From Candidatus Falkowbacteria bacterium (GTDB taxonomy: Bacteria > Patescibacteriota > Patescibacteriia > Patescibacteriales > UBA12465): a stretch of 64,000 bases of DNA. The position numbers and the translations under genes were made by a program. Of the stretch, positions 58,359 to 64,000 are shown piece by piece. Under the pieces are notes generated by a model. That model was not told the DNA's origin, ran no database searches, and saw only the letters and a list, made by a program, of their open reading frames with translations. The stretch spans positions 76,433 to 140,432 of the forward strand of contig JBAXPN010000002.1 in assembly GCA_037132255.1 (NCBI GenBank). The letters run 5' to 3'. Every line of letters starts with the position of its first letter. The first letter of the stretch is position 1.

Positions 58359-59120
58359 ATGAAATTAGCAGTTATTTATGACAAAGAGGCCCTAAAGCGA
58401 GAGGGCGACGAGAGTACTATTTATTGTAGTATTTGTAACAGTGAGATAAGGATAGGTATTTATCGGACACTGTTTTGCTCTAAATGTGAGATAGTTGGAG
58501 GTACTGGAGTTAAAATTGACTCTGTTCTGTCATGCATTCATTGCGAGCAACCCTTGGTGGCTAAGAAAAACTACGATGGGAGGATTACCGCACGTTGTGA
58601 GAACCCTGCTTGCGGAGACTGTTGGTCCATGCAAGATTTATGCCTGATAAAAATGGATAAATGTATCACGTCGGAAAGCGGCGAGGATCCGTATATCACG
58701 CACATAAATAATATTAACGAGGCTGAAATAATTAGTAATGCGTGGGTTGATGTTAAAACTCTCGGTTTCTGCGAATTAAAACAAGAGATTTATGAGTACT
58801 TTTTAAAAACTAACCCACATCTTGTTAAAGCCAACGCCTCAAAAACATTAATGAACGTGGCTTTAGCGAGCGCCATCGAGCTTAATTATCAACGACTTAA
58901 AAACATGGATACCCGAAAGAACAAGTGGCATTCTATTTCGAGCTTGATACGGGAAAGTGGAGCGAAAAGAGAGCTAGTCGTATCGGTCGTTGAAAAATTC
59001 AAACAGGAAGCCTGCCCATACGAAATTAAATTTTATACGAAGCAGGGCGTTAGAGCTAGGTTTGTACATTCCGAAATCTATGCGTGGATTATGGAACAAA
59101 TAAAAAACAGAAAGAGCTAA
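58359..59120 (+). CDS. Cys-rich zinc-ribbon protein of unknown function
   Basis: CSICNS..CSKCE, CIHCEQ..CENPACGDC, and a SD GGAGGA 5 nt upstream. Confidence 0.55.
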   Translation: MKLAVIYDKEALKREGDESTIYCSICNSEIRIGIYRTLFCSKCEIVGGTGVKIDSVLSCIHCEQPLVAKKNYDGRITARCENPACGDCWSMQDLCLIKMDKCITSESGEDPYITHINNINEAEIISNAWVDVKTLGFCELKQEIYEYFLKTNPHLVKANASKTLMNVALASAIELNYQRLKNMDTRKNKWHSISSLIRESGAKRELVVSVVEKFKQEACPYEIKFYTKQGVRARFVHSEIYAWIMEQIKNRKS

Positions 59121-59150
59121 GGTTAAAGCAATCGTACGAGTTTGTAATTC

Positions 59151-59180
59151 AAAAGACTGGATAAGTAATCCAGTCTTTTT
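59151..59180. terminator. bidirectional intrinsic terminator
   Basis: aaaAGACTGGataagtaatCCAGTCTtttt. Confidence 0.7.
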
Positions 59181-59298
59181 CAAACTCCTAAGTTAATGCT
59201 GAGAACGATATTTTAAAATATCTGAATGCGGAGAGGGTGGGACGCACTTGGAACGGTCTTTAATTAGAATAGATACTCCAAATATCCTCAAATTAGGC

Positions 59299-60153
59299 CT
59301 ATTCTTTATGCGACATATATAACATTATCCACTCGGCTGTACATACTGGTCGGGCTTCTGATTCATTTTGTCTGGGTTCTATTTTATCGGAATAAACCTT
59401 AGCTTCAAAAATAATTTCAACTGCTTCTATAGGCCCGTCGGGGGTATTAATTGTTTTTATCTTTTTTTCTAAAATTTTCCACTTAGATGTTATATTGGAG
59501 CCTGACGGATTGGGCGAAGGAAATCTGATTTTATTAAAACCAGGAGTCAACAATTCGGTCTTATCTTCAAATTGGAATATTCTTCGTACAAAACCATTTA
59601 AAAACGAAAGTGTCCCAATGCCCTGTAAAAAAACTGTAGATTTTTCTTTATATTCGCCACTTAAAACCTTTGAGGCGGCAGATATTGTCCCCTCCTCTAA
59701 AACAACATGTGGAGGAAATAAATCATTAAACATTGAAGCATATAATTTAATAGAATCATCTGTAACTTTAAATTTTACAGAATTTGGTTCAAACTCGGCT
59801 CCAATTTTAACTATCTCATTATCATTTTTAAAATCTTCAAAACTATCAAATTTATACAAGGGGGCTTCCTTGTTCTCACCTTTTGAAAGCATGTCTTCTA
59901 AATTACTGCTATTTAAAATTCCATTATATTCTCTAATAGAATCAATGTTTTCAAGAATTTCTCCATCCCCCTTGTTCTCTTCTAATTTTCGACCACGATC
60001 AACAGAATGCTTTATTAGAGCCTTTCTATAATCAAAGCCTTGTTCTCCTTCCTGCTTACTTCTCAAAATTTCCTGCCTTTTTTCATGGTCTGGCTCATTC
60101 TTTATATCTTTAGCCAGTTGGTCGCGATAAATTTTAGAATCTAGATTTTGCAT
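59299..60153 (-). CDS. hypothetical protein
   Basis: 284-aa ORF with balanced composition. The overlapping plus-strand ORF 59495..60031 is Ser/Leu-rich, typical of an antisense shadow. Confidence 0.5.
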   Translation of the reverse strand: MQNLDSKIYRDQLAKDIKNEPDHEKRQEILRSKQEGEQGFDYRKALIKHSVDRGRKLEENKGDGEILENIDSIREYNGILNSSNLEDMLSKGENKEAPLYKFDSFEDFKNDNEIVKIGAEFEPNSVKFKVTDDSIKLYASMFNDLFPPHVVLEEGTISAASKVLSGEYKEKSTVFLQGIGTLSFLNGFVRRIFQFEDKTELLTPGFNKIRFPSPNPSGSNITSKWKILEKKIKTINTPDGPIEAVEIIFEAKVYSDKIEPRQNESEARPVCTAEWIMLYMSHKE

Positions 60154-60394
60154 ATTATAAATACTATTTTTTATATCTGTAAATTACCACAAAACTCTAA
60201 AAAAATCAACAAAATCGGTCAATTGATTTTAGACTTCTTTTGTGCCAAAATAGACCTATGACTCCCGATAAAATCAAAAATAAGCAGAATCTTTTGTCGC
60301 CGATTACCAAGAAAAACTCGGTACTTTTAATGGCAATCTGGTTATTTTTGAATTTGTTGAGTTTATTAAAAATGACCCAGTAATTAAGGCTCTA

Positions 60395-61222
60395 ATGAAA
60401 GACCAGTTTGCTTATTTTGAGAGCCAGAAAGAAATTATTATCAAAATGACGGATGATGAACTGGACGCCAATTTATCTAATAAAATAGCTATAGACCCAG
60501 AAAATCCTAAAACCTGGCCAGGCAAAGATGTCTTTACTAAAGAGTATGATATTGCTACCGCTATCATGAAAGAGTCTCAACCATTTAGCCAGATACAGTT
60601 AAATCTGCCTGTTAGCCTGACCAACCTTATTGTTATCCACGAATTGGTAAGCAAAGCTAAAGAGGAATTAATGGATAATCCTAAAAAATCAGAAGAACTC
60701 ACCCAGACAATAAAAGAACTCTCTACTACTTCGTTGCCTTTTAAATTTAAGGATAAAAATGAAGAAAAGTCTTTTTCTCTAGTCCTCCCTGCTTATTACC
60801 TTAATTGTTTAGCTGTTGTCTGCTCTTATATTTTTAGCGAATTAGACGCCAAAGAATTTTTAAAGGGCAATAAACCTACTCCGCCAATTACCTTTGATAA
60901 AGACGAGAGCCTTTTGACTATTAAGGGTACAAAGATAAAAATATCCCGTACTGCTGAACGGCCAATAGATCATTATATTCTTGAGGCTATCTTTGCTAAT
61001 GAAGATATATCCGAAGAAATCTATTTTAAAGATGTGGCTAAAAGAATGGATGAATATGGCGATTACGATAAAACCAAAGACTGGCGCAAGTTCTATCGTG
61101 CCTGCGAGCATTTAAATCAAAAAGTTCAAACAGACACGGACAATAAGGTAATTGATTTTATTGAGCCTCACACTGGCAATAAGGCTTGGTGTAAAATTAA
61201 TCCTGAATATTTGAAATCTTAG
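60395..61222 (+). CDS. hypothetical protein
   Basis: 275-aa ORF. The frame stays open upstream to 60284 without an ATG (see rejected items). Confidence 0.5.
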   Translation: MKDQFAYFESQKEIIIKMTDDELDANLSNKIAIDPENPKTWPGKDVFTKEYDIATAIMKESQPFSQIQLNLPVSLTNLIVIHELVSKAKEELMDNPKKSEELTQTIKELSTTSLPFKFKDKNEEKSFSLVLPAYYLNCLAVVCSYIFSELDAKEFLKGNKPTPPITFDKDESLLTIKGTKIKISRTAERPIDHYILEAIFANEDISEEIYFKDVAKRMDEYGDYDKTKDWRKFYRACEHLNQKVQTDTDNKVIDFIEPHTGNKAWCKINPEYLKS

Positions 61223-61280
61223 CCAGACTAATACAATTTAATACTCTTTACCCGTAAACTGGGGTAATGCCATTTCCGTA

Positions 61281-61313
61281 AGCTATCAATAGAAAATATT
61301 GATAGCTTTTTTT
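61281..61313 (+). terminator. intrinsic terminator
   Basis: AGCTATCAATAgaaaaTATTGATAGCTttttttt (11-bp stem). Confidence 0.8.
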
Positions 61314-61462
61314 ATGACTAAATATGACGACCAACTGATATCTGACACCCAAGAATATTTTAGCGGACTATACGGGCGAGCAATTACTCCCGACGAGGCT
61401 GATTCTTTTTTAACATCTCTCGTTAATTTATATAACTCTCTTTTTAATAAGGAATAACTCTT

Positions 61463-61508
61463 TTTTTCTTTTCGGCGGTTCCCCCGTAGGGGGAGCCGAA
61501 AAGAAAAA
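61463..61508. repeat. 20-bp interrupted hairpin upstream of rep (candidate origin element)
   Basis: TTTTTCTTTTCGGCggtTCCCCCgtaGGGGGAGCCGAAAAGAAAAA: a 14-bp outer stem plus a 6-bp inner stem, a 3-nt bulge and a 3-nt loop. Confidence 0.75.
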
Positions 61509-61558
61509 GTTATCCTTGTTAAGAGAACTTCTAATTAGAACTAGATAATAATAAATAT

Positions 61559-62506
61559 ATGAAACAGCAAGATAATAAATACCTATCAAATCGTAAACTG
61601 GTTAAATCAGGCTCCTTACTTGAGATATATCAGTTTGGTCGTGATATTCACCTTGAACGCAGAATCCGACATATCAAAACCGAGGAAGAAATTGAAGAGG
61701 ACAAAAAATTTCCTAAGCCTAAAGCTAGCCAAGAGGAAATATTAAAGTCTTCGGCTCGTCGTGCCAAGCGAATGATTAAACGATTAATTATGGCTAATTG
61801 CTTTCTATGGTTTAAGGAAAAGGGCAAACCATATTTGCCGATTACTCTGACTCTAACTTTCAAAGAGAATATTATTAATCTAAAACAGGCCAACTATGAA
61901 TTTACTAAGTTTATCAGACGGCTCAATTATGAAACTAATGGTATTGAGGGGAAAGATTTGAAACAAAGCAATTTAAAATATCTGGCGGTGTTTGAATTAC
62001 AGAAACGAGGGGCGATTCACTATCATATGATTTTTTTTAATCTGCCCTATATCAAAAATATTTATAAAAAGATGTTTGATATTTGGGGACAGGGTCGAAT
62101 AATGGTCGGCGGAAAAGACAGAAATTTTACTAAGATAAAAAACCAAGCGCAACTGCAAAAAATTATTTTCTATTTTATTAAATACATTCAGAAATCCGTC
62201 TTTGAAAATAACTGCCCCAGACAGAAAAAATATATCGCTAGTAAAGGACTACTCAAACCGCAAGAAAATTCTTTCGTGGAAGTCGTGTCGCTCGTGGAAT
62301 CAAAACTGCCCTCAGAATCTTTGGTCTATAAATATGACGGCGAAACGGAATATAACAATAGCGACCCAAATGATTCCATAGGCAAGCCAGTCAATTTTAT
62401 GCGCTGGTTTAATTATCAGCAATATGACCTTTCTAAATTTCCAGAGTTAGACGAGAACATCGCCGAGATATTAACTGGCCATTCTTTAGACGATATTGAT
62501 TTTTAG
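61559..62506 (+). CDS. rep: HUH-superfamily rolling-circle replication initiator
   Basis: Motif I PITLTLTF, motif II (HUH) GAIHYHMIFF, motif III FYFIKYIQKS (Y-x-x-K), and the N-terminal SSARRAKRMIKRLIMAN pattern seen in phage/plasmid G2P-type Reps. Confidence 0.75.
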   Translation: MKQQDNKYLSNRKLVKSGSLLEIYQFGRDIHLERRIRHIKTEEEIEEDKKFPKPKASQEEILKSSARRAKRMIKRLIMANCFLWFKEKGKPYLPITLTLTFKENIINLKQANYEFTKFIRRLNYETNGIEGKDLKQSNLKYLAVFELQKRGAIHYHMIFFNLPYIKNIYKKMFDIWGQGRIMVGGKDRNFTKIKNQAQLQKIIFYFIKYIQKSVFENNCPRQKKYIASKGLLKPQENSFVEVVSLVESKLPSESLVYKYDGETEYNNSDPNDSIGKPVNFMRWFNYQQYDLSKFPELDENIAEILTGHSLDDIDF

Positions 62507-62530
62507 ATAGCTCTTTGATATATTTAAAGT

Positions 62531-62659
62531 ATTCACCTAATAAAATAAGTAATTGCCTAAAGGTATTTTTTTAACAAAATACCACTTTGTCGCTTGAAAT
62601 GGGCAGTTCTGCCAAAACGATAAATTAGCCTTTGGGTTAACTTATTTTATTGGGTGAAT
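62531..62659. repeat. long imperfect palindrome upstream of the recombinase gene
   Basis: ATTCACCTAATAAAATAAGT (62531-62550) versus ACTTATTTTATTGGGTGAAT (62640-62659) pairs at 19/20. It is extended by GCCTAAAGG / CCTTTGGG, with an 89-nt centre holding further small stems. Confidence 0.8.
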
Positions 62660-62695
62660 CAGGACTGCCCTTTTTAATTACTTAAACATAATTAT

Positions 62696-64000
62696 ATGAA
62701 CGACAAAAATGAACAAACAATTAAATATGCCCTCTACTGCCGTAAGTCTACCGAAGACAGTAGTCGGCAAATTCTTTCTCTAGATTCACAAGAGAAAGAA
62801 ATGTTGAAATTAGCCGAAACTCTTGAGCTAGATATTGTTTCTACTTTTAGAGAAAGCAAATCAGCCAAGAAACCCGATAACCGTCCGCAATTTTCCGAAC
62901 TTATCAATTTGATCAAGCGAGGTAAAATTCAGGGCGTTATCTGTTGGAAGATAGACAGACTAAGTCGCAACCCGATAGACTCGGCGACTATTCAATGGCT
63001 ACTGCAACAAAATGAATTGAAAATTATCCAAACAATGGAAAGACAATATTTGCCTGGCGACAATGCTTTGCTCTTTAATGTGGAAAGCGGAATGGCTAAC
63101 CAGTATATTTTGGACTTATCTAAAAATGTTAAAAGAGGTATTAGAGCCAAACTAGAAAAAGGCGGTTGGCCAAATCTGGCGCCATTAGGTTATCTAAATA
63201 AAGATAGTAAAATAATAATTGATAAGCAACGAGGAAAATATATCGTCAAGATATTTGAAATGTATAAGACGGGTAAATATAGCGTTAAGGAAATCGCTGA
63301 CACTCTATTTAAGGAGGGATTCAGAAGTCGGGCTCATAATAAATATCACAAAAGCAAGATTCATAAAATGCTGTCCGATTCTTTCTATTGTGGAATAATG
63401 GAAAAGGGCGACCAGTTATACAAGGGCAATCATGAGCCGTTAATCTCCAAGAAACTATTTGACGAGGTGCAAGAAATGCTAACTAAAAAATCCCATATCA
63501 AAAAACAAAATATTCCCTTTGCCTTTCGTGGTATGTTAAGGTGTGCCAAGTGTGGCTGTCTGCTAACAGCCACGAAGAAAAAGGGACGGCTAACATATTA
63601 CTACTGCACTAACGGCAAGAATGTTTGCGAAGAGCATAAGGCTTATATCAAAGAAGAAAATCTATCAACGGAATTGAATAATGTTTTTAATGAATTAATC
63701 TTTGACGAGAAAGTCGTTAATCTTGTCTATCGGGCTAAGCAAAGAGAAAGCGGAAATGTCTTGTCATACCTAGAAGAGGCTATCCTCGGTCTTCAAAATA
63801 GGCTCAAAACGCTTGAAGAGCGCAAGAAAGTTCTGATAGACGGCTACTTGGATAAAGTTGTTTTAGAGGGCGACTATAAGGCTAAGAATCAGATAATAGA
63901 AAATGAAATCGTTTTGATTAATAAGGACTTACAAGAGTTAGAAATCAAAAAATCTAGCCAAGATAATATTACTTTGGAACGGATAAGAAATGCGTTTTTA
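62696..64000 (+). CDS. large serine recombinase (3' end off window)
   Basis: Hand translation stays open from ATG 62696 to the window end (435 codons), which is why it is absent from the ORF track. Catalytic YCRKSTEDSSRQ..SLDSQ, DRLSRN, a recombinase domain (PLGY.., YCGIM) and a zinc ribbon CAKCGC..YYYCTNG..C. Confidence 0.85.
   Translation, partial: MNDKNEQTIKYALYCRKSTEDSSRQILSLDSQEKEMLKLAETLELDIVSTFRESKSAKKPDNRPQFSELINLIKRGKIQGVICWKIDRLSRNPIDSATIQWLLQQNELKIIQTMERQYLPGDNALLFNVESGMANQYILDLSKNVKRGIRAKLEKGGWPNLAPLGYLNKDSKIIIDKQRGKYIVKIFEMYKTGKYSVKEIADTLFKEGFRSRAHNKYHKSKIHKMLSDSFYCGIMEKGDQLYKGNHEPLISKKLFDEVQEMLTKKSHIKKQNIPFAFRGMLRCAKCGCLLTATKKKGRLTYYYCTNGKNVCEEHKAYIKEENLSTELNNVFNELIFDEKVVNLVYRAKQRESGNVLSYLEEAILGLQNRLKTLEERKKVLIDGYLDKVVLEGDYKAKNQIIENEIVLINKDLQELEIKKSSQDNITLERIRNAFL

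Larger units (their letters stand above)
57404..64000. mobile_element. putative integrated element (HUH Rep + large serine recombinase + unknowns); both boundaries unresolved, right end off window
   Basis: Content changes at tRNA-Arg from housekeeping to a regulator, a Zn-ribbon protein, three unknowns, a rolling-circle Rep and a serine recombinase. Confidence 0.5.

Noticed and set aside
59495-60031. 178-aa plus-strand ORF
   Set aside because: It is fully nested in the longer 284-aa minus-strand ORF, whose composition is more protein-like. The call is made on composition only, so confidence is moderate.
60258-60397. Frameshifted or longer 5' end for gene 60395..61222
   Set aside because: An ATG at 60258 opens 41 codons in another frame, and the frame of the main ORF is open from 60284 with plausible-looking residues. 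This hints at a -1 shift or an indel. However, no convincing slippery site was found, and AT-rich sequence often yields open frames by chance. It cannot be decided without reads or homologs.
59320-60640. DnaA-box-like 9-mers (TTATCCACT at about 59323, TTATCCACG at about 60634)
   Set aside because: These are two isolated 8/9 matches inside coding sequence, with no cluster, no AT-rich unwinding element and no dnaA nearby. They are likely chance matches.
61314-61457. 47-codon ORF (MTKYDDQLISDTQEYFSGLYGRAITPDEADSFL...) between the terminator and the rep hairpin
   Set aside because: The ATG abuts the terminator T-run with no RBS or promoter. It may be real in a mobile element, but it is unsupported, so it is not listed as a feature.

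Overview
AT-rich bacterial chromosome segment using the standard genetic code (TGA works as a stop). Its content and style suggest a small-genome Patescibacteria/CPR-like organism, though that placement is inference from composition, not a search result. Supporting signs are a stand-alone 16S gene, many short 'AGACCGG'-type terminators, orphan solute-binding proteins, and TrbC/VirB2-like mini-pilins. Housekeeping genes recognised by motif: pheT (5' partial), topA, dprA, pth, der, an LCP-family protein, trpS, infC-rpmI-rplT-secG, RNase J, bactofilin, trxB, lgt, ppsA, comM/yifB, smc, rplS, tsaE, lspA and a DksA/TraR zinc finger. There are also 12 tRNA genes and one 16S rRNA. The loci most worth a second look are: (1) 36.6-39.2 kb, six tandem divergent TrbC/VirB2-like pilin paralogs, plus a seventh cysteine-tailed copy at 43.7 kb. 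They are flanked by a 3D-domain wall hydrolase and a GT-C/GT2 glycosylation pair, and no secretion ATPase is in view. (2) 55.1-57.3 kb, a translationally coupled NOX/ferric-reductase-type transmembrane flavocytochrome with a membrane-anchored protein carrying two cytochrome-b5 domains. (3) 57.4-64.0 kb, a putative integrated element beside tRNA-Arg encoding an HUH rolling-circle Rep, a large serine recombinase (runs off the window), a TrmB-like regulator and several unknowns, with a strong hairpin and a long palindrome. (4) Two orphan promoter-to-terminator units with no known family (21.66-21.85 kb, 54.67-54.97 kb). (5) An SMC with no recognisable hinge and internally duplicated coiled coil. 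All protein calls rest on motifs read by eye from the supplied translations; no HMM or BLAST search could be run.
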